Assembly: GCA_002840555.1 (NCBI GenBank)
Contig: PHBJ01000009.1
Coordinates: 108,026 to 172,025 of the forward strand
Origin: Deltaproteobacteria bacterium HGW-Deltaproteobacteria-13
GTDB taxonomy: Bacteria; Desulfobacterota; Syntrophia; Syntrophales; Smithellaceae
DNA: 64,000 nt
Direction: 5' to 3'
The notes beneath the pieces are model-generated. The model worked only from the letters and a program-made list of their open reading frames with translations, searched no databases and was not told the DNA's origin. Below are positions 1 through 10,714 of this stretch, piece after piece (position 1 is the first letter of the stretch; each line of letters starts with the position of its first letter). The translations under genes were made by a program, and so were the position numbers.

Positions 1-258
1 GAAGCGTCAATAGTTCCTTATGAAAAAGTTGCGATATACGATGTCGACAACGGAGAGAGATTTTCCACCTATGCCATTAAAGGGAAGCGCAATTCCGGAA
101 CGATTTGTCTCAACGGCGCGGCTGCCCGCAAAGTGGCTAAAGGTGATTTAATCATCATTGCCTGTTATGTGCTTGTGGAAGACCAAGAAGCCGCTCAATG
201 GAAGCCCAAATGTGTTTTTGTTGATAGTAAAAATAAAATAAAGAAATTAAAGAAATAG
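1..258 (+). CDS. panD: aspartate 1-decarboxylase, C-terminal part (5' end outside window)
   Basis: Frame +1 is open from the window edge to TAG at 256-258. The translation ...[41 protein letters not shown]... matches the PanD alpha-chain. Confidence 0.8.
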   Translation, partial: EASIVPYEKVAIYDVDNGERFSTYAIKGKRNSGTICLNGAAARKVAKGDLIIIACYVLVEDQEAAQWKPKCVFVDSKNKIKKLKK

Positions 259-448
259 TTCACCGCATAGCAAGACTTAAAAAACACACGATATTATTTT
301 GAAAAAAAGAAATATTGATCCGTTATTTTCATTTCTAAATCAATATGACAGCAGGAATAAAAAGATTAGACTCATTTAAACAGATGTGTTAGTCACACAA
401 ATTAAATTTAACTTTTTTTATATAAAACGAGGACAAGGAGATTAACGA

Positions 449-1636
449 ATGCAAATTACTTCCGAGAGCGTAAAGGTAGGACATCCTGATATAGTTTCCG
501 ATTCAATCGCTGCGAACATTATTGCGGAGATACTGGACCAGGAACATAAAATCGGCATGGATATAAATTCAATACCGCACTGCGGCATTGAAATATTTCT
601 GGGTAAGGGGCTTTGCGTTATCGGTGGAGAAATTGCCACCCGGGTCTATGTGGATGTTGAGAAAATTGCGCGAAAGACAGTTCTTGATATCGGTTATAAC
701 GATTATGCGCTTGGCCTCAACGGGAATTCAATGGGCATACTCAACGCGATCATTCCGCAATCTCCTGATATTAATATCGGAAGCAGGGCCGACCTGGGGA
801 AACACAAAGAAATGGGAGCGGGGGATCAGGGGATCATTTACGGATTCGCCTGTGATGAGACACCCGAATTGCTGCCGCTTCCGTACGTTTTGGTTAGTAA
901 AATGATGCGGGCGTTCGAAACCTGCGGTGATCCTATATTTGCTCCGGACGGAAAAGGACAGGTTACTGTTGATTATGACGCTGATTTACGTCCCCAAAGA
1001 GTGTCAACGGTTTTGATGTCGAATGCCATAGATTACAGACTGTCTTCCGCTAAAAGCCGTTCTGCGGTCGAGCAAAAAGCGCGTAAAATAGCAATGAATT
1101 GTCTTAAAGGATGGGTTGATAACAAGACAAAATTCCTTTTTAATCCAACCGGCGAATGGCAGGCAATCAATTCATGTTCCGCCGCCGATTCAGGTGTTAC
1201 GGGGAGAAAACTGGTTGTGCAACTCTATGGAGGGTATCCGGGGTCGCAGTTGGGTGGAGGAGCTGTCGTAAACAAAACACCCGAAAAAGTTGACTGCTCC
1301 GCTGCTTTTGGAGCCCGACATGTGGCGAAAAATATTGTTGCAGCGGGATTGGCGGAGAAATGTTCCGTTCAATGCGCTTATGCCATCGGCATTGCCAAGC
1401 CGATTTCTATTTATGTGAATACCTACGGTACTGGAAAAGTATCTGATGATAAAATTGCTTCAGTTGTAAATAAAATATTTGATTTGACGCCCGCGGGTAT
1501 GATTAAAAAATTTGATTTGCTGAATGGTAAACAATTCAGAAAATTACCCAAAACTTTCTTTTTAGATATGAATTATCCCTGGGAAAAAACAGAAAAAGTA
1601 AAAGAACTTAAAGCGGCGTTAGCAATTAAAAAATAA
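449..1636 (+). CDS. metK: S-adenosylmethionine synthetase (divergent MetK)
   Basis: 395-aa ORF with AAGGAG RBS. It has the N-terminal TSESVxxGHPD motif and the GAGDQG motif, and sits next to ahcY (methyl cycle). Confidence 0.85.
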   Translation: MQITSESVKVGHPDIVSDSIAANIIAEILDQEHKIGMDINSIPHCGIEIFLGKGLCVIGGEIATRVYVDVEKIARKTVLDIGYNDYALGLNGNSMGILNAIIPQSPDINIGSRADLGKHKEMGAGDQGIIYGFACDETPELLPLPYVLVSKMMRAFETCGDPIFAPDGKGQVTVDYDADLRPQRVSTVLMSNAIDYRLSSAKSRSAVEQKARKIAMNCLKGWVDNKTKFLFNPTGEWQAINSCSAADSGVTGRKLVVQLYGGYPGSQLGGGAVVNKTPEKVDCSAAFGARHVAKNIVAAGLAEKCSVQCAYAIGIAKPISIYVNTYGTGKVSDDKIASVVNKIFDLTPAGMIKKFDLLNGKQFRKLPKTFFLDMNYPWEKTEKVKELKAALAIKK

Positions 1637-1716
1637 ATAATTTGTTTTATCAATATCATTGAAGTCCCGTTTTTAGACGGGCTTGAGAAAATTGGTAAAT
1701 TGATCCTGGAGGATAA

Positions 1717-3141
1717 ATGGCTTTTCTGGAAATCAATCGGGCTTTAAAATACAAGGTAGCTGATATTTCCCTGGCTTCGTGGGGAAGAAAAGAAATACAA
1801 CTGGCGGAAAACGAAATGCCCGGTCTTATGGCTTTGCGTAAAAAATACGGAAAGAAGAAGCCGCTTGAGGGATTAAAGATCATGGGCAGTCTGCACATGA
1901 CTATTCAGACGGCGATGCTTATTGAGACACTCAAGGTACTAGGCGCTGATATTCGCTGGGCATCGTGCAATATTTTTTCCACTCAAGATCACGCGGCGGC
2001 GGCGATAGCAAAAAGCGGCTCCGCGGCGGTTTTCGCGTGGAAAGGCGAGTCCCTGGAAGAATACTGGTGGTGTACCGAACAGGCTCTTATCTGGCCGGAC
2101 GGCTCCGGTCCCGATTTAATCGTTGATGACGGCGGTGACGCGACATTATTTATTCATCAGGGCGTAAAACTTGAGAAAAATCCCAAACTGCTTAAAGAAA
2201 AAATCGACAACAAAGAATTCAAAATTATCGTTTCGCGCCTGGAAAAATCGGTAAAACGTAATCAGGAAAGATGGCAAAAAATAGCCGCCAAAATTCGCGG
2301 AGTTTCCGAAGAGACGACCACAGGCGTGCACAGGCTTTACCAGATGCAGGCTGCGGGAGAGCTTTTATTTCCGGCAATCAACGTTAACGATTCCGTGACT
2401 AAATCAAAATTCGATAACCTGTATGGCTGTCGTGAATCGCTCGCTGATGGAATCAAGAGAGCGACCGATATCATGATTTCGGGGAAAGTTGTTGTTGTTT
2501 GCGGTTATGGAGATGTTGGCAAGGGCTGCGCCCAGTCTATGAGAGGCTTCGGCGCGCGCGTGATTATCAGTGAAATTGATCCCATCTGCGCCCTGCAGGC
2601 GGCCATGGAAGGCTATGAAGTAAAAACACTGGAAGACGTTGTGTCTTCAGCTGATATTTTTGTTACGGCGACCGGCTGTTGCGATGTCATTACCGGCAAT
2701 CACATGGAAAAAATGAAAAATGAAGCCATCGTTTGTAACATCGGCCATTTTGACAGCGAAATAGACATGCACTATCTTGAAACAAGCAAGGTCTGTAAAA
2801 AAGAAAATATCAAGCCGCAGGTTGATCAATGGAAACTCAAATCGGGCCGCTCCATCATTGTTTTAGCCGAAGGCCGCCTGGTGAATCTGGGTTGTGCCAC
2901 CGGACATCCCAGTTTTGTCATGAGCAACAGTTTTACCAATCAGTGCCTGGCGCAATTAGAATTAGCCGCTAAAAAACATCAGATAGGCGTGTTCACTCTT
3001 CCCAAAAAACTTGACGAAGAAGTCGCGCGTCTGCATCTGGAAAGACTGGATGTGAAATTGACCAGACTTACCAGGAAACAGGCGGATTACCTGGGGATAT
3101 CCGTGGAAGGCCCCTTCAAGCCGGACTACTACCGGTACTAA
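1717..3141 (+). CDS. ahcY: adenosylhomocysteinase
   Basis: 474-aa ORF with GGAGG RBS. It has the N-terminal ADISLAxWGRKEIxLAExEMPGLM motif, a Rossmann GYGDVGKG motif, and the C-terminal KPDYYRY typical of SAH hydrolase. Confidence 0.95.
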   Translation: MAFLEINRALKYKVADISLASWGRKEIQLAENEMPGLMALRKKYGKKKPLEGLKIMGSLHMTIQTAMLIETLKVLGADIRWASCNIFSTQDHAAAAIAKSGSAAVFAWKGESLEEYWWCTEQALIWPDGSGPDLIVDDGGDATLFIHQGVKLEKNPKLLKEKIDNKEFKIIVSRLEKSVKRNQERWQKIAAKIRGVSEETTTGVHRLYQMQAAGELLFPAINVNDSVTKSKFDNLYGCRESLADGIKRATDIMISGKVVVVCGYGDVGKGCAQSMRGFGARVIISEIDPICALQAAMEGYEVKTLEDVVSSADIFVTATGCCDVITGNHMEKMKNEAIVCNIGHFDSEIDMHYLETSKVCKKENIKPQVDQWKLKSGRSIIVLAEGRLVNLGCATGHPSFVMSNSFTNQCLAQLELAAKKHQIGVFTLPKKLDEEVARLHLERLDVKLTRLTRKQADYLGISVEGPFKPDYYRY

Positions 3142-3214
3142 CGGTTTGTATAATTAAATATTTTTCAGCGTTCGCAGAAGGCCTTCTCCTGCCTTGATGT
3201 GCGTAATCTAAAGT

Positions 3215-4294
3215 TTAAGTGTGAACTCTGTAGAAGAGAACTGCCGCAACCGCGGCAAATAAAATATTGGCTCCCCAGGCCGCAAGAACTGCCGGCAGTA
3301 TTTCCGACCTGCCCAAAGACATGCTAAAAGCATGGACGATCCAGTAAGAAAATCCTATAAAAATACCCAGACCGACACTTTGCATCACTCCGCCGCTTCG
3401 TTCCGAGCGCAGAGAAAAGGGCACAGCGATAAAAACCATGATCAGGATGACCAGGGGGAAGGCAATTTTACCATGTAAATCCACCCGGTATTTAGTGACA
3501 TCGTACCCTTCCAGCCGTATTTTATTAACATATTTTCTAAGTTCAAAATAACCCATTTTTTCCACGTCTTTTTGCATGACTTTAAAGTCGCTGGGCTTTT
3601 CCGGAATATTGATCACTTTTTCCTTAGACCATTCTAAAACAGGATTCTTATTATCGTCAAAATGCGTGGTCAGCAAATTGTAAAAAAACCATTGATCGTT
3701 TTTCCATTCAGCTCTTTGGGCGTCAATACGCGTCATCAGAGTAAAATCGGGATTGAGATAGTTAATCGTTACACCCCGGATGATGTTTTTATCGACATCG
3801 AACATTTTAAAATTATAAATCGCATTATCTCCGTGATACCAAATTTCATTTTGTTTAAAAAATCCCAGGGTCTTTTGTTTTTGTACTTCAACTTTCACAA
3901 TATGTTCGGTTTTCTGTACAGACGCCGGTGTTATCAATTCGCTGAAATAAAACAAAAAAACAGACGCAATAGCAGCGAGAATGATGACGGGAAGGGAAAT
4001 CCGGTAAATATTAATGCCATTGGCTTTCATGGCCGTAATTTCGTTAAATTTAGATAAGGAACTGAATGTCATTAATGTTGTCAGGAGCACGGCCGGCGGA
4101 AAAACATAAGATATGATCATGGGGATCGAATAAACAAAATAGGATGCGATCTGACCGATGGAGGCCTTGTTGCTGAGAAACATTCTGATTTTTTCAAAAA
4201 AATCGACGATTAAAAAAAGCGCGATAAAGGATAAAACCGTGATGATTAAGAACTTTAAAAACTCTTTCAGAATGTATTTGTCTAAAAGTTTCAA
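3215..4294 (-). CDS. lptG: LPS export ABC permease LptG (YjgP/YjgQ family)
   Basis: 359-aa ORF with N-terminal MKLLDKYILKEF. Topology is 3 TM, then a periplasmic beta-jellyroll region, then 3 TM. It lies immediately downstream of its paralog lptF. Confidence 0.8.
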   Translation of the reverse strand: MKLLDKYILKEFLKFLIITVLSFIALFLIVDFFEKIRMFLSNKASIGQIASYFVYSIPMIISYVFPPAVLLTTLMTFSSLSKFNEITAMKANGINIYRISLPVIILAAIASVFLFYFSELITPASVQKTEHIVKVEVQKQKTLGFFKQNEIWYHGDNAIYNFKMFDVDKNIIRGVTINYLNPDFTLMTRIDAQRAEWKNDQWFFYNLLTTHFDDNKNPVLEWSKEKVINIPEKPSDFKVMQKDVEKMGYFELRKYVNKIRLEGYDVTKYRVDLHGKIAFPLVILIMVFIAVPFSLRSERSGGVMQSVGLGIFIGFSYWIVHAFSMSLGRSEILPAVLAAWGANILFAAVAAVLFYRVHT

Positions 4295-4314
4295 TTGATG
4301 AACCTCAAATATTT

Positions 4315-5463
4315 TTACTTTTTACGCATCGAAAAAACATTTACTTTTTGAAATAAGGATATTTCTCCATGGGCTATATAAAAAAGAGAAATCCCCAGCA
4401 AGGCAAATATGAAACTTGGCGTCCAGACGCCGACAGCAGGGGAAATGTATCCTGTCTCCGCCAGAGCTTCTCCTCCGATACGCAATAAATAATACAAAGA
4501 AACAACGATCAGGCCAACGGCAAACCCTCGTGATTTTACGGAGCGATGACTTCTGATGCCCAGCGGCAGGGCCAGCAGGCCGAAAAAAATGCAGGAAAGA
4601 GGGATGGTAAATTTTTTGTGGACTTCAATGGCCAATTCCCTTACCGCTGCCGGATCCAGGCCGGGTTTTTTCATCCTTGCCAGGAGCTCACGCACAGTCA
4701 TTTCCGTGCTGGATTTGGAAGACTCGTCAAGATTCGCCAGAGCGGTGGATAAATCAAGATTAATGTCATAGCTTTTAAAATCAATTTTACGGTATTTTTT
4801 TAAATCGGAACTTACCGTATGAATGGAACCGTCTTCCAGCGTCAGTTTAACCGTCATCGATTCAGGATCGGAAACTAAGAAGGCCTTTTTGGCCAGAATG
4901 GTATTCTGTTCACCGATGATACGGTTGTCGGAAACAATCACACCCTCCATATAATTCTGCTTGTCGGGAATTTTTTCCGCGTAAAGAAGAAAACCTTTAA
5001 AGTCGGAATTAAAGACTTTTTCTTTGATGCCGATGCTGGCATTCTGCTGCACAATATTGAAAAGCAGACGCTTGGTGGCAAAATTACACTGCGGAACAAG
5101 GAAATAACTGGTAAAGATGCAAAATGCGAAAGTGATCAATGAAACAAGCGCCACAGGATAGTACATTTGCAACAGACTGATTCCGGATGTTTTAAGAGCC
5201 GTTATTTCGTTGTCAGCGGACAGTCTGCCCATGGCGATGAGAATGGCAATCAAAAGGGCAATCGGAACGGTGAACAGCATGAAAGAAGGCAGTAGAAAAA
5301 TAATAATTTTGGCTATGGAAAAAACACTGACGCCCTTGTTGATCACAAGATCCATAATTTGCAAAATTTTCCCCATGAGCAGAACAAATGTCAGGATAAA
5401 TAAAATAATGATGAAAGGGTATGCAATTTCTTTGAATATATACCGGTTAATGATTTTACGCAT
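4315..5463 (-). CDS. lptF: LPS export ABC permease LptF (YjgP/YjgQ family)
   Basis: The ORF is open to a GTG at 5496. The ATG at 5463 gives MRKIINRYIFKEI, the usual family N-terminus. It shares the lptG architecture. The start is uncertain. Confidence 0.75.
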   Translation of the reverse strand: MRKIINRYIFKEIAYPFIIILFILTFVLLMGKILQIMDLVINKGVSVFSIAKIIIFLLPSFMLFTVPIALLIAILIAMGRLSADNEITALKTSGISLLQMYYPVALVSLITFAFCIFTSYFLVPQCNFATKRLLFNIVQQNASIGIKEKVFNSDFKGFLLYAEKIPDKQNYMEGVIVSDNRIIGEQNTILAKKAFLVSDPESMTVKLTLEDGSIHTVSSDLKKYRKIDFKSYDINLDLSTALANLDESSKSSTEMTVRELLARMKKPGLDPAAVRELAIEVHKKFTIPLSCIFFGLLALPLGIRSHRSVKSRGFAVGLIVVSLYYLLRIGGEALAETGYISPAVGVWTPSFIFALLGISLFYIAHGEISLFQKVNVFSMRKK

Positions 5464-5707
5464 TTCATGACCAACTGTTTTTTTTGAAAATAGCACGTAT
5501 TGATGAATTTTCTCAAGTAAAACATATGAGCCTGTGAAAAAGTTATTCTGATTTTATGCCTGTTTAAATCGTGTTTTGTTCATTCTCAGGAAAAAATAAT
5601 GGGGAAAATGTTTTTTAGCCCCAAAAGCATTCATTTATTGACAGTTGTAAGCATTTTTCCTATATTCATCAAATATTTTACTTGCCCGTTTTAAAAAGGA
5701 TAAGCCT

Positions 5708-6937
5708 ATGAAAGTTGACACGATGCGCCATATTGATTACTACGTTGGCGTTCCTCTTTGCTTCCTTGGCTCCGTGTGTCAAAAAATTGCAGCGCTGCTG
5801 ATCAGGCGTGACAAAAAAGCTCCGAAAAATGTCCTTTTTGTGGAATTATCGGAAATGGGCAGCGCCATTTTGGTTGATCCGGCAATGAGAAAACTGCAAC
5901 AGGAAACAGGCGCTAATCTTCATTTCGCGATTTTTAAGAAAAATAAACCCAGTCTCGATTTATTGGGCACGGTTCCTCAGGACAACATCTACACCATTCG
6001 CGAGGACAGCTTTCTTTCCCTGGCGCAAGACGGCATAAAATTCTTTTTTTGGACGAGAAAAAGAAAAATTGATGCCGTCATCGATCTGGAACTTTTTTCC
6101 CGGGTTACCGCTTTGCTTTGCGGTTTCAGCGGCGCTCCGTTTAAGGTCGGTTTTCATGCCTATTACAATGAAGGCCTTTACCGGGGAGATTTTTTATCGC
6201 ATAAAGTCGCCTATAATCCTCATATTCATATCGCTAAAAATTTTATTGCCCTGGTCAACGCGCTCATGTCGCCGAAAGAGGAAATTCCTTATTCGAAGAC
6301 AATGATTGCCGATAATGAAATCCGTATCGCCAAAGTTAAATTTTCCGCGCAGGAAAAGAAAACGGTTATTGATCTTGTTCGCGGATGTTTTCCAAAATTC
6401 GATTCTGAAAAATATAAAATAATATTGATCAATCCCAACGCCAGCGAATTGCTTATCCAGCGCCGCTGGCCGCAGGAAAACTACGCGCAATTGATAAAAA
6501 TGATTCTGGAGAATTCTCCGCGGGCCATTGTTTTAATTACGGGCGATCCGCGCGAAAGGGAAGAAGCGCAGAGGCTCAAGGAACAGGTGCAGGATGACAG
6601 ATGTATCAATTTTGCGGGTAAAGTAACATTTGCCCAGCTTCCTTTGCTGTACAGCATTTCCGAGTTCATGGTTACCAATGATTCCGGACCACCGCATTTT
6701 GCCGCGATAACGGATATGCCGACCTTTGTCATCTTCGGCCCGGAAACGCCGGCCCTTTACGGATCATTGGGGAAGACCACGCCTATTTACGCGGGACTGG
6801 CTTGTTCGCCCTGTGTCAGCGCGGCAAACCACCGTAAAACGGCATGCAGGGATAACGTCTGTCTGAAAGTTATAAAATCTGCACAGGTCTTTAAAACGAT
6901 CCAACCTGACTTAGAGAAGATCAATGCTCAAAGCTGA
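5708..6937 (+). CDS. glycosyltransferase family 9 (LPS heptosyltransferase-like)
   Basis: 409-aa ORF. The C-terminal half (...LINPNAS...RRWP...ITGDPRE...VTNDSGPPHFAA...FGP) fits the GT9 fold. It is transcribed divergently from lptFG. Confidence 0.75.
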   Translation: MKVDTMRHIDYYVGVPLCFLGSVCQKIAALLIRRDKKAPKNVLFVELSEMGSAILVDPAMRKLQQETGANLHFAIFKKNKPSLDLLGTVPQDNIYTIREDSFLSLAQDGIKFFFWTRKRKIDAVIDLELFSRVTALLCGFSGAPFKVGFHAYYNEGLYRGDFLSHKVAYNPHIHIAKNFIALVNALMSPKEEIPYSKTMIADNEIRIAKVKFSAQEKKTVIDLVRGCFPKFDSEKYKIILINPNASELLIQRRWPQENYAQLIKMILENSPRAIVLITGDPREREEAQRLKEQVQDDRCINFAGKVTFAQLPLLYSISEFMVTNDSGPPHFAAITDMPTFVIFGPETPALYGSLGKTTPIYAGLACSPCVSAANHRKTACRDNVCLKVIKSAQVFKTIQPDLEKINAQS

Positions 6938-8396
6938 TAAACAGATATTTTATTTGATTGGTTTTTTCACTCTAATCCGTCTTTTGTCTGCGCCATTTTT
7001 CGGATTGGGTGTCGATGAAGCCCACTATGTTTTATACGCGAAATATCTTGACTGGAGTTACGTTGATCATCCGCCTCTGGTCGGTTGGACGCACGCGCCG
7101 TTCTTTTATATTTTCGGCGCCAATGAGTTTCTTGCCCGGCTGCCGGCGATTTTGATTTTTGCCCTCACATCATATTGCGCCTACTTATTTGTATTGCGGG
7201 TGACGAAATCAGTTCAGATTTCATTATTGGCGACACTCGCGTTGAACTCTTCCTTTATCCTTAATGTTTTAGGGCTGATGTTGTTACCGGATTCTCTTTT
7301 GCTGCTTTTTGTTTTTCTGCTGATCTTTGTAACGGAAAAAATACTTCGCGAGAAAAAGCCGCTCGATTTTATCTGGCTGGGGATTTTGCTGGGTTTAATG
7401 GGCCTGGCTAAATACACTTCGATTTTACTGGTCCCGCCGCTTATCCTATTCTTTCTGATGAAAAAGAGATTCGATATCGTGTTCTCCCCCTATATGATTT
7501 TGGCCGCGTGCATCGCCTTGATCTTCATCACGCCGGTCATCTATTGGAACATGACGCATGACTTTATCAGTTTCCGCTATCAGGGCGGTCATGTCTTCGG
7601 GACTTTTGCCTCAAGCCTCAAGAATTTTGCCGAATCACTGGGCGCGCAGTTCGGAGCGTACAGCCCGTTTCTATTTATCGTTGCCTTTTATGGATTTTTT
7701 AAGACGCTGCGTTCCACCGATGATTATCTGCGTTTGGCTGTTTTGTTCGGCGCGACGATCATTTGTTTTTTCTTTGCCACTTCTCTGTATGAAAGAACCC
7801 TGCCGCACTGGCCAAGCATTTTTTATTTATTATTTATTCCCATAGGAACTTACACTCTTTATCTATCCAGGGAAAAGTGGAAGAAATATTATCTGTATTT
7901 TTCGATAGGATTCAGTCTGGCCTTGATGTTAATTGCCTATGCGGCAATCCCATTTCCTGAAGGTGTCACAAGAATTGCCGGAATATTCTATAAGATCCCC
8001 GATTATAAATCTCCGTTTCGCGATATATACGGATTTCCGCAAATTATCGGACAGGCGGATGAAATAATAAAGCGGGATGCATCGGCGGCGCCAAAGGCAA
8101 TCGCGGTAAGCAACTGGACAGTGGGCAGCCGGACTTTGTATTATAATCTGCCCTATAAAAACGAGGTATTTGTCATTGATAACCGTCAGGATCAATTTGA
8201 TGTCTGGCAGAAGAAATCACCCATAGGTTACGATATTCTTTTTCTGAACAGTCATTTTAATAATATCGATGTTGAAAAGGATGTTCGTTGCGAACGAAGC
8301 GATGTTGCCGGGAAGACGGATATTTTGCTCAACGGCGCTAAAGTGGATACCGTCGAATTTGTATGGTGTCATAATTATCGGGGAGTGAAGCCGTGA
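6924..8396 (+). CDS. GT-C glycosyltransferase, ArnT/PMT-like (GT83/GT39), paralog 1
   Basis: 490-aa polytopic membrane protein. It has the N-terminal loop motif GVDEAHYVLYA...DHPPL and a soluble C-terminal domain. Confidence 0.7.
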   Translation: MLKADKQIFYLIGFFTLIRLLSAPFFGLGVDEAHYVLYAKYLDWSYVDHPPLVGWTHAPFFYIFGANEFLARLPAILIFALTSYCAYLFVLRVTKSVQISLLATLALNSSFILNVLGLMLLPDSLLLLFVFLLIFVTEKILREKKPLDFIWLGILLGLMGLAKYTSILLVPPLILFFLMKKRFDIVFSPYMILAACIALIFITPVIYWNMTHDFISFRYQGGHVFGTFASSLKNFAESLGAQFGAYSPFLFIVAFYGFFKTLRSTDDYLRLAVLFGATIICFFFATSLYERTLPHWPSIFYLLFIPIGTYTLYLSREKWKKYYLYFSIGFSLALMLIAYAAIPFPEGVTRIAGIFYKIPDYKSPFRDIYGFPQIIGQADEIIKRDASAAPKAIAVSNWTVGSRTLYYNLPYKNEVFVIDNRQDQFDVWQKKSPIGYDILFLNSHFNNIDVEKDVRCERSDVAGKTDILLNGAKVDTVEFVWCHNYRGVKP

Positions 8397-9010
8397 ACAA
8401 AAAACAGGTCGCGATTTATATTTCTGTCATTTGTTTGATGATGACGGTTGTTTCTTATTTATTATGGGACATTCCCCTGGCGAAATATTGCCGGGAATTA
8501 AATCCGGCTGTCATAAATATTTTTGATGTCATCACGCGCCTGGGCATTTCTACCTGGTATATCGTTGCCAGTGTAATTTTTTACTTATTTTTTCGTTTTG
8601 TTTATAAAAATAATCTGAATGCCGCACGATCTCTTTTTGTTTTTATTGCTCTGAGCGTTACCGGAATATTCATCAATATCGTGAAGTGGATTGCCGGACG
8701 TTACCGGCCGGTTGAATTATTTAATCATGGTTATTTTGGGTTCGATTACTTCGGCGTCGGTTATGAATGGACATCCTTTCCTTCCGGACACGCACAGACT
8801 GCCTTTTCGCTGGCTACCGCATTGACCATACTTTTCCCGCGCTGGGGAGTGCCGCTATTTATTGTCGCGATAGCCGTGGGCGTAAGCCGAATCATTTTAA
8901 CGTCGCATTATTTGAGTGACGTAATTGCCGGAGCCGGTATCGGCATATTATTAACACTGGCTGTAAAATACTTTTTTGACCGGAAGCAAATCAAACTGAT
9001 AGAAAAATAA
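8393..9010 (+). CDS. PAP2-family phosphatase (candidate lipid A or undecaprenyl-PP phosphatase)
   Basis: 205-aa membrane protein with the PAP2 motifs KxxxxxxRP (KWIAGRYRP), PSGH and SRxxxxxHxxxD (SRIILTSHYLSD). It overlaps the upstream gene by 4 bp. Confidence 0.8.
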   Translation: MNKKQVAIYISVICLMMTVVSYLLWDIPLAKYCRELNPAVINIFDVITRLGISTWYIVASVIFYLFFRFVYKNNLNAARSLFVFIALSVTGIFINIVKWIAGRYRPVELFNHGYFGFDYFGVGYEWTSFPSGHAQTAFSLATALTILFPRWGVPLFIVAIAVGVSRIILTSHYLSDVIAGAGIGILLTLAVKYFFDRKQIKLIEK

Positions 9011-9029
9011 AAATGTGAAGAGCAAACTC

Positions 9030-10700
9030 ATGCAAAAAAAATATATACTATTTTTAGTACCGTTTATACTTTATATTTGTTTACTCTCCGTCATGCCGCA
9101 AATGGAGCCGGATGAAGCCCGCTACAGTCTGATCGCCAGTGCCATGAATCAATCCGGGAATTATGTTACCCCCCACATTAAACATACAATTTATCTGGAG
9201 AAGCCGCCGCTGGTTTCCTGGGCGACGGCTATATTTTTTAAGATCTTTGGTGAAAACGATTTTTCCGCCCGTCTCTTTGTCGGCTTATGCGCCTGGGGGT
9301 GTATCGTGCTTGTCTTTTTTATGGGCAGGCATTTTCGTGATGAAAAGACAGGTCTATACGCGGCAATGCTTTTGACGATTTCTCTTTATTCTTTTATCCT
9401 GGGCCGCATCAACATCTTAGACATGCCTCTTACTTTTTTTGTATGTCTTTCGGTCTGGCTGGGCTATCTCGCATTGCAGCAACAGGACAAAAAACATCTT
9501 TTTTATCTGTTTTATTTTACCTGTGCTCTGGCCTTTCTCATCAAAGGCGTTATTGGCGTCGTCTTCCCGTTTGGCATTTTGATGATCTGGCTTCTCTGGG
9601 CCGGACGATGGCGTCAAATATGGAAGATGTTTTCTCCCGTCGGCATATTAATATTTTTAGGAGTTGTTTGCCCGTGGCTGATCCTGGCACAAAAAGAAAA
9701 TTCCGATTTCCTGTGGTTTTTCTTTGTTCGTGAGCATTTCCTGCGCTTCACCACGAAAATGCACGGCAAAACCGAACCTTTCTATTTCTACCTGCCGATC
9801 ATCATGGCCGGTATAATACCGTGGGCTTTTTATTTAATCAAAGCCTGGAAAAATAATTATGTCCGGGAATCATTATTCGGCCCGGATGAGAATAAGCTCC
9901 TGACGGTCTGGTTTCTGTTAATTCTTGTTTTTTATACCGTCTCTTCGTCCAAACTGCCGACTTATATCGCCCCGCTTTTCTTACCCATTGCTCTTTTCGC
10001 GGGATGTATTTTTAAAAGCTACGAAGAAGAAACATCCGGTGAGCAATCAAACCGGCGTAAGATCGTTTATCGCTGTGCAATTATTTTTCAATCTTTCATA
10101 TTATTTATTGCCCTGATTCTGCCGCCGATCCTGCTAAAATATTCCGATGCGGAAAAGGGTCTGGTGATTATGGTTTCCGGCCATTGGTGGCTATACATCG
10201 CCGTTCCTGTAATGGCTTTGTTTCTTTTGACTTTCCTGCCGGATTTCATTTATAAAAAATACGGGAAAGGGTGGTTTCTCAGCATTTATATTCTTTGCGC
10301 GATATTACTGGGCAGTCTGCTTTTCCCGCTGAATGACTTTTTAGGGCCTTATCGCAGTGCTAAAGTAGCCCAGGAAGCCATTGCCCGGTATGTGCCGCCG
10401 GATAGAGAATTATATCAATACCGGGTGAATTTTTACGGCATTGACTTTTATAATAAAATCAGAACACCCATTGTTGAAGATTTCGGCGAGTTATCCGAAG
10501 GGGTCGCCAAAATGCCGGAGAATGAAAAAAAACATTTCTTTCTTTCCGCGGAAGAATTTTTTAAGTTGTGCGAGGAGAAAAAAGATATATATTGCATTAC
10601 TCAGCACAACGAAAAATTAAGACAGATCGTGCAAAGATTCCCCGCGACGGAAGTGCTCTGGTATAATAAAGCATTTTATTTGCTTCATATTGAAAATTAA
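9030..10700 (+). CDS. arnT: 4-amino-4-deoxy-L-arabinose transferase-like GT-C glycosyltransferase (GT83), paralog 2
   Basis: The ORF is open from a GTG at 9015; the ATG at 9030 is preferred (GAAGAG 7 nt upstream). It is a polytopic protein with EPDEARYSLIA...LEKPPL motifs and sits directly upstream of arnB, arnC, arnA and arnD. Confidence 0.7.
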   Translation: MQKKYILFLVPFILYICLLSVMPQMEPDEARYSLIASAMNQSGNYVTPHIKHTIYLEKPPLVSWATAIFFKIFGENDFSARLFVGLCAWGCIVLVFFMGRHFRDEKTGLYAAMLLTISLYSFILGRINILDMPLTFFVCLSVWLGYLALQQQDKKHLFYLFYFTCALAFLIKGVIGVVFPFGILMIWLLWAGRWRQIWKMFSPVGILIFLGVVCPWLILAQKENSDFLWFFFVREHFLRFTTKMHGKTEPFYFYLPIIMAGIIPWAFYLIKAWKNNYVRESLFGPDENKLLTVWFLLILVFYTVSSSKLPTYIAPLFLPIALFAGCIFKSYEEETSGEQSNRRKIVYRCAIIFQSFILFIALILPPILLKYSDAEKGLVIMVSGHWWLYIAVPVMALFLLTFLPDFIYKKYGKGWFLSIYILCAILLGSLLFPLNDFLGPYRSAKVAQEAIARYVPPDRELYQYRVNFYGIDFYNKIRTPIVEDFGELSEGVAKMPENEKKHFFLSAEEFFKLCEEKKDIYCITQHNEKLRQIVQRFPATEVLWYNKAFYLLHIEN

Positions 10701-10714
10701 AAAGAGGATGATCC

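Noticed and set aside
259-448. SAM riboswitch upstream of metK, and SAH riboswitch in 1637-1716 upstream of ahcY
   Set aside because: The regions are AT-rich and lack the conserved GC-rich helices and core sequences of SAM-I/II or SAH elements as I recall them. Only an imperfect hairpin (aagtcccgt/acgggctt, ~1658-1686) was seen. An Infernal/Rfam scan would be decisive.
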